From the NCBI GenBank assembly GCA_051961815.1, contig JBQCCX010000068.1, positions 1 to 45,386 on the forward strand: a stretch of 45,386 nt of DNA. Reading direction: 5' to 3'. A program made the translations under genes and the position numbers. The DNA is from Xanthobacteraceae bacterium. Its GTDB lineage: Bacteria; Pseudomonadota; Alphaproteobacteria; Rhizobiales; Xanthobacteraceae. The notes under the pieces are model-generated. The model ran no database searches. It was not told the origin of the DNA and worked only from the letters and a program-made list of their open reading frames with translations. Positions 33,023-42,027 of this stretch are shown here, piece after piece (positions within the stretch are counted from its first letter, which is position 1; each line of letters begins with the position of its first letter).

Positions 33023-34381
33023 ATGGCCGATGCAGTGCGAAGCAACGATACCGGCGCGACTGACAATGCCGTCCAGCGGCATCGCATCGTCATCGTCGGT
33101 GGCGGCGCCGGCGGGCTCGAGCTTGCGACCCGGCTCGGCGACAAGCTCGGCCGCCGCGGCAAAGCGGAAGTGACCCTGATTGAAAAAGCACGCGCGCATT
33201 TGTGGAAGCCGCTGTTGCACGAGATCGCCGCAGGCAGCATGGATCTCGGTCATCATGAGCTGGACTATCTGGCGCAAGCGCACTGGCATCACTTTCGCTA
33301 TCGCACCGGAGAAATGATCGGGCTCGATCGCGGCCGGCGCGAGGTCCTGGTCGGGCCGGTGGTCGAGGAGAACGGCACCGAGGTGACGCCGGCGCGCGGC
33401 TACCCTTACGACATCCTGGTGCTGGCGGTCGGCAGCCTCACCAATGATTTCGGCACGCCGGGCGTTGCCGAGCACGCGATTTGCCTGGAGACGCCGGAGC
33501 AGGCCGCGAGATTTCATGGCCGGCTGGTCAACGCTTGCCTGCGCGCGCAGAGCCAGAACGAGCCGCTGCGGCCAGGGCAATTGCAGGTCGCGATCATCGG
33601 CGCCGGCGCCACGGGCGTCGAGCTTGCCGCAGAGCTGCACAAGTCCACCCGCGAGCTCGTCGCCTTCGGGCTCGATCGCATCGATCCGGATCGCGACATC
33701 ACGCTGCACATCATCGAAGCCGCCGAGCGAATCCTGCCGGCTTTGCCGGCGCGCATTGCCACCGCCGCGGCCGACCTCCTGCGCGGGCTGGGCGTGAAGG
33801 TCTACACCTCCGCGCGCGTGGCCGCCGTCTTGCCTCATGCCGTCGAGTTGACCGATGGGCGCACAATTAATGCCGAACTCGTGGTCTGGGCCGCCGGCGT
33901 CAAGGCGCCCGGCTTTCTTCACAACCTCGACGGGCTCGAGACCAACGCGATCAATCAGCTCGTCGTGCGGCAGACGCTGCAGACCACACGCGACGATGAT
34001 ATCTTTGCGATCGGCGATTGCGCCGCCTGCCCGTGGCCGGAACGAAACACCACCGTGCCGCCGCGCGCCCAGGCCGCGCATCAACAATCGAGCCATCTCG
34101 CCAGACAATTGCCGCGCAAGCTCGCCGGGCAACCGCTTGCGCCGTGGCGCTATCGCGACTTCGGTTCGCTGGTCTCGCTCGGCGAATACTCAACGGTCGG
34201 GAGCCTGATGGGTAAACTGGTCGGACGAAGCCTGTTTGTCGAAGGTTATTTCGCGCGGCTGATGTATGTGTCGCTTTACAAAATGCACGAATACGCGCTG
34301 CACGGTTTTGTCAAAGTCGCGCTCGACACCGCGGTGCGACTGATCAACCGGCGCACCGAACCGCAGGTGAAGCTGCATTGA
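33023..34381 (+). CDS. ndh: Type II NADH:quinone oxidoreductase (NDH-2) family flavoprotein
   Basis: The ATG at 33023 follows caggag. Two dinucleotide folds are present: IVIVGGGAGGLELATRLG and VAIIGAGATGVELAAEL. Also ...FAIGDCAA.... The C-terminal amphipathic tail is typical of NDH-2. Confidence 0.8.
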   Translation: MADAVRSNDTGATDNAVQRHRIVIVGGGAGGLELATRLGDKLGRRGKAEVTLIEKARAHLWKPLLHEIAAGSMDLGHHELDYLAQAHWHHFRYRTGEMIGLDRGRREVLVGPVVEENGTEVTPARGYPYDILVLAVGSLTNDFGTPGVAEHAICLETPEQAARFHGRLVNACLRAQSQNEPLRPGQLQVAIIGAGATGVELAAELHKSTRELVAFGLDRIDPDRDITLHIIEAAERILPALPARIATAAADLLRGLGVKVYTSARVAAVLPHAVELTDGRTINAELVVWAAGVKAPGFLHNLDGLETNAINQLVVRQTLQTTRDDDIFAIGDCAACPWPERNTTVPPRAQAAHQQSSHLARQLPRKLAGQPLAPWRYRDFGSLVSLGEYSTVGSLMGKLVGRSLFVEGYFARLMYVSLYKMHEYALHGFVKVALDTAVRLINRRTEPQVKLH

Positions 34382-34414
34382 CGGCGTGCCTGGCCGTGCG
34401 ATGTTGCGCTGCGA

Positions 34415-34448
34415 ACAAAAAAGCCCCGCCGAACGAATGCGGCGGGGC
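34415..34448 (-). terminator. Rho-independent terminator for the HU gene (stem gccccgccg/cggcggggc followed by a T-run on the minus strand)
   Basis: The minus strand reads gccccgccgcattcgttcggcggggcttttttgtt. It lies between the convergent ndh and HU genes. On the + strand the stem is followed only by gaatttc, so it is weak in that direction. Confidence 0.75.
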
Positions 34449-34469
34449 GAATTTCAGATAACGCAAGCT

Positions 34470-34763
34470 TCAGGCGGCGAGCCTTAGTTCCTTGCTGGCG
34501 CGGAATGCGACTTTCTTGCCGGCCTTGATCTGGATCGGCTCTCCGGTTGCGGGATTGCGCCCCATCCGCGCGGCCCGGTGCTTCACCTGCAGGATGCCCA
34601 GGCCGGCGATCCGGATGCGTTCACCTTTTTTCAGGTGCCGCGTGATCAATCCGATCAGTTCATGCAGGAGTTCTTGCCCGGCGCGTTTGGACATATCGTG
34701 TTCTTTGGCCAAATTCGCGGCGAGGTGTTTAAGCGTCACTGAGCGACTGGATTTGACTGCCAT
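34470..34763 (-). CDS. HU/IHF-family nucleoid-associated DNA-binding protein
   Basis: The ATG at 34763 lies 7 nt after ggaga. ...LIGLITRHLKKGERIRIAGLGILQVKHRAARMGRNPATGEPIQIKAGKKVAFRASKEL (the HU beta-arm signature R-x-GRNP-x-TGE). Confidence 0.9.
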   Translation of the reverse strand: MAVKSSRSVTLKHLAANLAKEHDMSKRAGQELLHELIGLITRHLKKGERIRIAGLGILQVKHRAARMGRNPATGEPIQIKAGKKVAFRASKELRLAA

Positions 34764-34959
34764 GGCTTGTCTCCAAGTTACCTCCAAAGACGGCGTCACT
34801 CGGACTAGAAAGCGATTTTATCTGATTCGCGATGCCTTGGCGTTTATTTGTTAGTTCGATGTTTGCTTGCTTTTCTAAACCTGAAAAACCGCCGGAACTG
34901 CCGTTTTTGGGCCGAATTAGGGGGATCTCCGGCGCCCATTGCTCAGCTCGTTCCTGGAT

Positions 34960-35760
34960 TCAATGTTCGAATATCGCGGCGAGGCCGCGCACCAGGCGGG
35001 CGTGGCGATCTTCGACGGTTTGCCGGTTGACTGAAGCGGAATCCCCGCCGATGCCCAGGTAGCGTTCGGCAATTTCCGGGCGCCCGAGCAGTTCGCGCCC
35101 GCCCCCCTGCAATGCGATGCTTCCGGTCTCGATGACATAGGCGCGGTCGGCGATGGCGAGCGTCATCTGCGCATTCTGCTCCGACAACAAGATCGCGATG
35201 CCCTCGGCGCGCAGGCGCTCGATCAGCCGGAAGATGTCGGCCACCAATGCAGGGGCGAGGCCCAGCGACGGCTCGTCGAGAACAAGAAGCTTCGGTTCCG
35301 TCATCAGCGCACGGCCTATGGCAAGCATCTGCTGCTGTCCGCCGGAAAGGTTGCCTGCCGGGTGACCGAGCCGCTCGCGCAGCGGCGGAAACAACTCGCA
35401 TACCGCCGCGATGCGCGCGCTGGCCCAGCTTTCGTTTCGACGCCGCCGCACGGCGTAAGCGCCAAGCCGCAGGTTGTCGGCGACCGTCAATCCGGCGACG
35501 ACCTGACGGCCCTCCGGCGCATGGGCCATGCCGAGGCGAATGCGCGTCCACGGCGGCAACCGTTCGAGCGGCTCGCCGGCAAAGCGAATTTGCCCGCGGC
35601 GCACCGGAAGAAGCCCCGCGATGGTCCTCGCCAGTGTCGTCTTGCCGGCGCCGTTGGGGCCGATCAGCGCCACGATCTCGCCGGCGCGAACCTCAAGATC
35701 GATACCGCGCAACACGGTGAGATCGCGATATCCGGCCTCGATTGCGGTCAGTTGCAGCAT
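34960..35760 (-). CDS. HAAT-family ABC transporter ATP-binding protein, LivF-type
   Basis: Walker A GPNGAGKTT, signature LSGGQQQMLAIGRAL, Walker B LLVLDEPSLGLAP. Its ATG abuts the stop of the upstream fused gene (tga|atg at 35758-35763). Confidence 0.9.
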   Translation of the reverse strand: MLQLTAIEAGYRDLTVLRGIDLEVRAGEIVALIGPNGAGKTTLARTIAGLLPVRRGQIRFAGEPLERLPPWTRIRLGMAHAPEGRQVVAGLTVADNLRLGAYAVRRRRNESWASARIAAVCELFPPLRERLGHPAGNLSGGQQQMLAIGRALMTEPKLLVLDEPSLGLAPALVADIFRLIERLRAEGIAILLSEQNAQMTLAIADRAYVIETGSIALQGGGRELLGRPEIAERYLGIGGDSASVNRQTVEDRHARLVRGLAAIFEH

Positions 35761-38469
35761 TCAATATGCCTTTGCTTCGACGCCGAGATAGGCCTCGATG
35801 ACGCGCCGGTCGCCTTGAATCTGCCGCGGGGTGCCGTGCGCCAGCAGCGCTCCGAGATCGAGTACGATCACCTGATCGGCGACATCCATCACCAGCGACA
35901 TGTTGTGCTCGACCAGCAGGATTGTCAGACCGGCATCGCGAATTGCGCAAAGCAGCGCGCCAAGCTCGGCGGTTTCGGCGTCGTTGAGGCCGGCGGCCGG
36001 TTCGTCAAGCAAAAGGAGCCGCGGCCGCGCCATCAACGCGCGGCACACTTCGAGCAGTTTCTGCGCCCCCATCGGCAATGTAGTCGCCGCGACGTTACGA
36101 AAACGGCCGAGCCCGACCAGGCCGAGCAACGCCTCGCCATGGCGGCGCAGTGATCGCTCCTCGCGCAAAGCCTCCGGCAGCCACAGCATATGTTGTGCGG
36201 CGCCGTGCCTGATCTGGCGATGGGCGCCGGCAAGAAGATTTTCCAGGGTGGTCATGCCGGGCAGAACGCGCGCGGTCTGGAATGTGCGCAGCAGTCCCAG
36301 AGCTGCGATGTCGCCTGGGGTGAGGCCGGACAGCGCTCGTCCATACAAACGCACGTCGCCGCGGTCGGCGGGAAACAGATTGGTGATGAGGTTGAAGACC
36401 GTGGTCTTGCCGGCGCCGTTGGGGCCGATCAGCGCGGTAATACTGCCATCCGGCACCGCGAAGGAAACGTCGGCGACGGCCTGGAGGCCGCCGAATCGCT
36501 TGGCAAGACCGGCCGCTTCGAGCGCCGGCGTTTGCTCCGCGGCGACATGCCGATGCGGTGGCGGCTGATCGGGCGCCGATGACGGTTGCAGCGCCAGCGC
36601 GCCCGGCCGCTCGCTCGGAGCAAAGCGCCCGGCCAGCCGCCACAGTCCGCCGACGATACCGTCCGGCAGAGATTGAAACGCCAGAACAAGGACAGCGCCT
36701 TCGACCAGCGTCTTGTAAAGCGCGATGGGCTGGAAGGCGATCGGCAACAACGTGAGCAGTGCCGACCCTGCCAAGCCGCCGACCAGCGTTGCTTCGCCGC
36801 CGACGATCAGCATTGCGATCATCTCGAACGAGCGTGGCGTCGCAACCATCTCAGGCGACAGAAAATGAAAATCGAACGCCAAAAGGCTGCCCGAAAGCGA
36901 GGCCAGCACGGCGCTGATAGCGAAGGCGGCCATCTTGTGTCGCGGCACATTGATGCCAAGCGCCTCGGCCGCGGTCTGGTCGGCGCGGATCGCCTGCAGC
37001 GCCCGGCCAAAGTCGGAGCGCATGGCGCCGGCCAGTGCCGCGATCAGCACGACGATGATCGCCAGCGTCAGGTAATACATCGCGCGCGGAGTGGCGAAGA
37101 CAAAGGGTCCCACGGCGAAAGCGGGAATCCCGACGAGACCCGACGGACCGCCGGTCACTTCGGTCAGGCCGACCGTCAATGAATCGATCAGAAGGCCGAA
37201 AGCGAGCGTAGCGAGCGCCAGATAAGCGCCGCGCAGGCGCATCGTCACCGCCGATAGCAACAATGCGCAGATCAGCGACAGTGCTATTCCGGCAAGCGTT
37301 CCAACAAGCGGTGACATGCCGTAATTGGTCGCCAGAATGGCGGCGGTATAGCCGCCGAGCGCCATGAAGCCGGCCTGGCCGAGATTGACCTGTCCGCAAT
37401 AGCCCATCAGGACGTCGAGCCCGAGCACGGCGATGAACAGGATCAGCATGATGACGAGCGAGCTCATAAAACCGCCGCCGACGAGGTATGGCAGCGCGAT
37501 GAGAAGGAGCAGCAGCGGCAAGCCTGTCAGCATCACGCTGCTGAGGCGCGGGCGGACGACCGAGCGCGTGACGCGCAGTTCCTCGCGCACATCGTGACGG
37601 CGGCGGCTGCCCGAGACGAACAGGCCTTGCGGCCGAAACAGCAGCGTCGCCAGCAACAGTCCCAGCGCCAGTCCGTCGGCGAACAGCGAGGAGATGTAGC
37701 CGGCGGCCAGTTGCTCGGCGACCCCGAGAAATAGTCCTCCGGCGACGGCGCCCGGCAGCGAACTCATGCCGCCCAAAGCCACGGCGATGAACCCGGCATT
37801 GGTGAAAAAGCTGCCGGCGTCGAACTGCAACGACATGATCGGCGCTACGACTGCGCCGCCGGTCGCACCGATCATCGCGGCGAGGGTGAAGCTCAACAGC
37901 GTCAGACGCGCGACATCGACCCCCATGAAGCGCGCGGCGAGCGGATTTTCCGCGCAAGCCGTCAGCGCTTTGCCGACGGCGGTACGTGTCATCAAGAACC
38001 AGATGCCGATGATGATGATCACGGTAAAGCCGGCGATCCAAAGTCCCTGGGAGGGCACCAGAACGCCGAACACATCGATCGGCTGCTCGCCCGAGAACGC
38101 GTTGACCGCATAAGGCTGGCTGCCCCATACCACCAGTGCCAAGCCGTTAATGAAGGTCAAAAGCCCGACCGTGAGCATCAACATGCTGCCGGTGGGCAGC
38201 CGCGACAGAGCGGGGACGAAGGTCGCGGCGCCGAGGACCAAGCCCAAGGCGCTGGTGGCGGCGATCGCGGCGAGAAATGCGACCGGCAGCGGCCAGCCGA
38301 AATCGTCGGCGAAGGAGTAGAGCGCGAGCGCGCCAATGGTGCAGAAGCCGCCCTGCACCAGGTTGATAATGCCGGTGACGCGATAGACGAGGCTGATGCC
38401 GAGCGCGACGACCGCGAAAACGCTGCCCTGCAGGACTCCGCCAACCAGGATTTGGGCGAACTGACTCAT
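35761..38469 (-). CDS. Single 902-aa polypeptide fusing LivH-type permease + LivM-type permease + LivG-type ATPase
   Basis: Residues ~1-285 are LivH-like (...LLATLLFRPQGLFVSG). Residues ~300-610 are LivM-like (...VLGLDVLMGYCGQVNLGQAGFMALGGYTAAIL...). A Pro-rich linker follows (PSERPGALALQPSSAPDQPPPHRH). Then comes a LivG-like NBD (GPNGAGKTT...LLLLDEPAAGLN...VIEAYLG). Confidence 0.85.
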   Translation of the reverse strand: MSQFAQILVGGVLQGSVFAVVALGISLVYRVTGIINLVQGGFCTIGALALYSFADDFGWPLPVAFLAAIAATSALGLVLGAATFVPALSRLPTGSMLMLTVGLLTFINGLALVVWGSQPYAVNAFSGEQPIDVFGVLVPSQGLWIAGFTVIIIIGIWFLMTRTAVGKALTACAENPLAARFMGVDVARLTLLSFTLAAMIGATGGAVVAPIMSLQFDAGSFFTNAGFIAVALGGMSSLPGAVAGGLFLGVAEQLAAGYISSLFADGLALGLLLATLLFRPQGLFVSGSRRRHDVREELRVTRSVVRPRLSSVMLTGLPLLLLLIALPYLVGGGFMSSLVIMLILFIAVLGLDVLMGYCGQVNLGQAGFMALGGYTAAILATNYGMSPLVGTLAGIALSLICALLLSAVTMRLRGAYLALATLAFGLLIDSLTVGLTEVTGGPSGLVGIPAFAVGPFVFATPRAMYYLTLAIIVVLIAALAGAMRSDFGRALQAIRADQTAAEALGINVPRHKMAAFAISAVLASLSGSLLAFDFHFLSPEMVATPRSFEMIAMLIVGGEATLVGGLAGSALLTLLPIAFQPIALYKTLVEGAVLVLAFQSLPDGIVGGLWRLAGRFAPSERPGALALQPSSAPDQPPPHRHVAAEQTPALEAAGLAKRFGGLQAVADVSFAVPDGSITALIGPNGAGKTTVFNLITNLFPADRGDVRLYGRALSGLTPGDIAALGLLRTFQTARVLPGMTTLENLLAGAHRQIRHGAAQHMLWLPEALREERSLRRHGEALLGLVGLGRFRNVAATTLPMGAQKLLEVCRALMARPRLLLLDEPAAGLNDAETAELGALLCAIRDAGLTILLVEHNMSLVMDVADQVIVLDLGALLAHGTPRQIQGDRRVIEAYLGVEAKAY

Positions 38470-38514
38470 CGTCAGCGATCGGCGGGCGCGGACCCCGGTT
38501 TCGGTGCCGCGGTT

Positions 38515-39708
38515 CTATTTGCTGAGCGGCGCTCCGCCCGGTTGCGAAAGCCAAACCCACGAGTCGGTCTTTGCATCGTAGGTCGTCACCGTGGAAGATT
38601 CCGGACCGAGCCCGCGCTGCGGATATTTGCTGAAATTATAAGTACCGTCTACGCCGGCAAAGTCGGTCAGCCCGTCGATATATTGCCGCAACTGCGCGGC
38701 GGTGGCGCCGCTGCCGAGCTTGCGCAGCCCGGACGCTACGATGAGGCCGGCATCCCATGTGGTCGCGACCATGTTGTCGGCCTTGAGCCCACGCTTGGCC
38801 AAACTGGCAGTCATCGACTGCTGCGCGCTCTCGACAGCCGGATCGAGCTTCACGCCTGGCGGGTGCTGCGGATAAAGCGCCGAAGCAAGGATCAGCTGCT
38901 TCGGCAGGAAGGCCTGCCACTGCTTCATCGCGGCAAAGGTCTGATTGCCGCTGGTCGGCGCCACTGGCAGATCGACTCCTTGCTGCGCCATGCTGCGAAA
39001 GACTGTCGCCGCCGGCGCACCGGTGGTCCAGGCGATGATCGCCTGCGCACCCGAACCCTTGATGCGCGCCATCTGCGCGGAGACCGATACGTCGGATGGG
39101 GTGAAGTGCTCCTGGACGAGGAGCTCCATCTGGCCCTTGTTTTCCGGCAATTGCAGCACTTCGGCGACCGAGCGGTCGCCGTCCTGGCCGCTCGCGTCCG
39201 TGGTCATCAGCGTCGCAATTTTGGTCCAACCCATCATGCGGTAGTAGCGCACCACCGCCGCGATCTGATCGGTCGAAGACGAGCTCGTCGAGAACACATA
39301 ACTTCCGCCCTTGGGATGAATGCCCGGCGACAGGCAATATTGCAGCGGGCCATTTTCCACGAGCGGCGCCATGGCAAGACACATGGCGACCAGGCTCGAA
39401 CCCATCACAACTGCGGGCTGCGAACCGACGATCTGGGTGGTGAGCTGCACTGCCAGCTGCGGCGTGGTCTGATCGTCATGAAATATGAAATTGAGCTTGC
39501 CATCGGCGATGCCGCCGGTCGCATTGATCTGATCTTGCAGCGCCAGCAAGGAATCCCGCTCGCCCTGGCCGACAAAGGCAGCGCTGCCGGTCAGCGGCAC
39601 CACAACATTGATGTCGTATGTTCCGGCGGCGAGCGCCGCGCTGGACAGGCTCGCTGCGAGTGCGCCAGCGGCAATCAGATTGCTATACAAATTTCGGATT
39701 GGGTTCAT
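38515..39708 (-). CDS. Periplasmic substrate-binding protein, LivJ-like type I PBP
   Basis: Signal peptide (NLIAAGALAASLSSAALAAG), then ...INVVVPLTGSAAFVGQGERDSLLALQDQINATGGI.... It is the first gene of the second Liv-type operon. Confidence 0.8.
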   Translation of the reverse strand: MNPIRNLYSNLIAAGALAASLSSAALAAGTYDINVVVPLTGSAAFVGQGERDSLLALQDQINATGGIADGKLNFIFHDDQTTPQLAVQLTTQIVGSQPAVVMGSSLVAMCLAMAPLVENGPLQYCLSPGIHPKGGSYVFSTSSSSTDQIAAVVRYYRMMGWTKIATLMTTDASGQDGDRSVAEVLQLPENKGQMELLVQEHFTPSDVSVSAQMARIKGSGAQAIIAWTTGAPAATVFRSMAQQGVDLPVAPTSGNQTFAAMKQWQAFLPKQLILASALYPQHPPGVKLDPAVESAQQSMTASLAKRGLKADNMVATTWDAGLIVASGLRKLGSGATAAQLRQYIDGLTDFAGVDGTYNFSKYPQRGLGPESSTVTTYDAKTDSWVWLSQPGGAPLSK

Positions 39709-39879
39709 TGGTCTCCTCGCGCCTAGAGCATCGCGGCCCGGCCGGACAGTGTCAATTGTTTATAACCGCACACATTGTTGCCGCGAACACGGACGCCGCG
39801 TAGCCGCAAGACGGACCTTTACTGGGATGCCCGATTAAGTCCAACCTTGCCCGACAACATCTTTACCGGAGGAAAGGCG

Positions 39880-40368
39880 ATGCCGCTCAATGCTGCCCAG
39901 AAGGGCAAACATTCTGTGCCCGGCGCCGGCAACGTTTATGCCAAAGCAAATGAGGTGATCGTCAAGATCACGGGCGCCGACACCAATAATACGTTCGAGG
40001 TCGTGGAAGAGAACTGCAAGCCGGGCTTCCAGTCGCGCTTGCATTATCATGTGAAAGCCTATGAGACGTTCTATGTTTTCGATGGCAGCGCGGACTTCCA
40101 GGTCGGCGACGAGTTGTTTCGCGCCGACAAAGGCTCCTGCGTCCACATTCCGCCCGGCGTGCCGCACCAGGTGACGTCGAAAGAAGGAGTGCGCATGTTG
40201 ATGATCTACAGCCCTGCCGGAACCGAGGGAATGTTTGCTGACATGCATGCGCTCACCAGAGAACAGCTTATGGATGCCGAATTGACCAAGACAATCGCGC
40301 TGAAGCACGACACCGTCATGCTCGAGCACGGCAAGGATGGTCGCGGCAAGGGAACGATCCTGGGCTGA
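39880..40368 (+). CDS. Cupin-domain protein
   Basis: The ATG at 39880 follows ggaggaaagg. Cupin motifs are ...FQSRLHYHVKAYETFYVFDGSADFQVGDE... and ...CVHIPPGVPHQV.... Confidence 0.7.
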   Translation: MPLNAAQKGKHSVPGAGNVYAKANEVIVKITGADTNNTFEVVEENCKPGFQSRLHYHVKAYETFYVFDGSADFQVGDELFRADKGSCVHIPPGVPHQVTSKEGVRMLMIYSPAGTEGMFADMHALTREQLMDAELTKTIALKHDTVMLEHGKDGRGKGTILG

Positions 40369-40419
40369 CTTGCGCGGCAGTCTATTTGAGGCGACGCAGC
40401 ACGTGAAAGAAGTGAGGCC

Positions 40420-42015
40420 TTGACCGACACCGCATGGTGGAAGCGCGGAATCATCTATCAGATCTATCCGCGGTCTTTTCAGGACAGCAATGGCGACGGC
40501 GTCGGCGACCTCGACGGGATCCGCCGGCGCCTCGATTATCTGAGCTGGCTTGGCATCGACGCCATCTGGATTTCACCGATCTATCCGTCGCCGATGGCGG
40601 ACTTCGGTTACGACATCACCGATTACTGCAATATCGATCCGCTTTTCGGCACGCTTGCAGATTTCACGACGCTGGTGGACGAAGCCCATCAGCGCGGCCT
40701 GAAGGTTGTTCTTGATTTTGTTCCTAACCATACGTCCGATTGCCACCCCTGGTTTCTAGAAAGCCGGTCATCGCGACGTAACGGCAAGCGGGACTGGTAT
40801 ATTTGGCGCGATGGCAAAGCCGACGGTGCGCCTCCCAACAATTGGATTTCACAATTCGGCGGTCCGGCCTGGACGCTCGATGCGCGCACCGGACAATATT
40901 ATTTGCATAGTTTTCTCGCCCAACAGCCCGACCTGAACTGGCGCAACCCGGAAGTTCGCGATGCCATGTTCGACGTGTTGCGGTTTTGGCTCGATCGCGG
41001 CGTCGATGGTTTTCGCGTGGACGTGCTTTGGCTTTTGATCAAAGACGCCATGTTGCGCGACAATCCGTCGAATCCCAATTATCACTCCGACCGGCCCGCC
41101 ATCGAGCGGTACTTGTCCCTCTACAATGCCGACCAACCGGAAATCCATGACCTGGTCGCAGAAATGCGCTCGGTTCTTGATTCCTATTCCGATCGGGTTT
41201 TGATCGGCGAAATTTATCTGCCGTTCAACCGCCTCGCGCTGTACTACGGCAAGAATCTCGAAGGCGCCCATCTGCCGTTCAACTTTGCCCTGATCAAAGC
41301 CGCTTGGAACGCCAAGGTCATCGCCGGCCTGATCGCGGATTATGAGGCAGCGCTGCCGCCTGACGGCTGGCCCAATTGGGTGCTCGGCAATCACGATCAG
41401 CCGCGCATTGCAGCAAGAGTTGGCGGCGATGGCGCACGAACGGCGGCAATGCTGTTACTGACCCTGCGCGGCACGCCCACGATGTATTACGGCGACGAGA
41501 TCGGTCTGGCGCGGGTGCCCATTGCGCAAAACCTGGTGCAGGATCCTTGGGAAAAAAACGAACCGGGACTGAACGTCGGCCGCGATCCGTGGCGGACGCC
41601 CTTGCAGTGGGATCAATCCGAAGGCGCGGGCTTTACCACCGGTACGCCCTGGCTGCCATTCAGTCAGGATTACCGCCACAACAACGTTGACGCGCTCAAG
41701 CGTGATCCGCGCTCGCTGCTTTGCCTTTATCGCAGTTTGACCGCACTGCGCAGACGCCATCGCGCGTTGAGCATTGGGACCATACGCGTGCTCGGGGTCG
41801 ATAACGATGTTCTTTGTTACGAGCGATCTTGCGATGGCGAACGATTCGTGATTGCGCTGAATTTTGGGAACGATCATGCCGCTGTCGAGATAGCCGAGGT
41901 GAAGAGCGCAACGGCGTTACTGTCGACATCGATGGATCGGCCCGTCGGGACGATCGATGGCCCATTGCGGCCCAATGAAGGCATTATTTTTGCTCTGGGG
42001 TCGGCAGCGCCATAG
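40420..42015 (+). CDS. GH13 alpha-glucosidase / oligo-1,6-glucosidase-type glycoside hydrolase
   Basis: TTG start. WWKRGIIYQIYPRSFQDSNGDGVGDLDGI...DFVPNHTS; nucleophile region GVDGFRVDV; acid/base LIGEIY; VLGNHDQPR. Confidence 0.85.
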   Translation: MTDTAWWKRGIIYQIYPRSFQDSNGDGVGDLDGIRRRLDYLSWLGIDAIWISPIYPSPMADFGYDITDYCNIDPLFGTLADFTTLVDEAHQRGLKVVLDFVPNHTSDCHPWFLESRSSRRNGKRDWYIWRDGKADGAPPNNWISQFGGPAWTLDARTGQYYLHSFLAQQPDLNWRNPEVRDAMFDVLRFWLDRGVDGFRVDVLWLLIKDAMLRDNPSNPNYHSDRPAIERYLSLYNADQPEIHDLVAEMRSVLDSYSDRVLIGEIYLPFNRLALYYGKNLEGAHLPFNFALIKAAWNAKVIAGLIADYEAALPPDGWPNWVLGNHDQPRIAARVGGDGARTAAMLLLTLRGTPTMYYGDEIGLARVPIAQNLVQDPWEKNEPGLNVGRDPWRTPLQWDQSEGAGFTTGTPWLPFSQDYRHNNVDALKRDPRSLLCLYRSLTALRRRHRALSIGTIRVLGVDNDVLCYERSCDGERFVIALNFGNDHAAVEIAEVKSATALLSTSMDRPVGTIDGPLRPNEGIIFALGSAAP

Positions 42016-42027
42016 CGCCATAGGTCT

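Noticed and set aside
27945-39726. Other long antisense ORFs (27945-29144 -, 30424-31398 +, 31550-32785 -, 32972-34132 -, 35362-36153 +, 36851-38128 -, 38452-39726 +) and 43797-45023 +
   Set aside because: For the same reason, each overlaps a gene with strong motif support on the other strand or frame. In the case of 36851-38128 it is an alternative frame of the fused Liv gene with Arg/Pro/Gly-rich junk translation.
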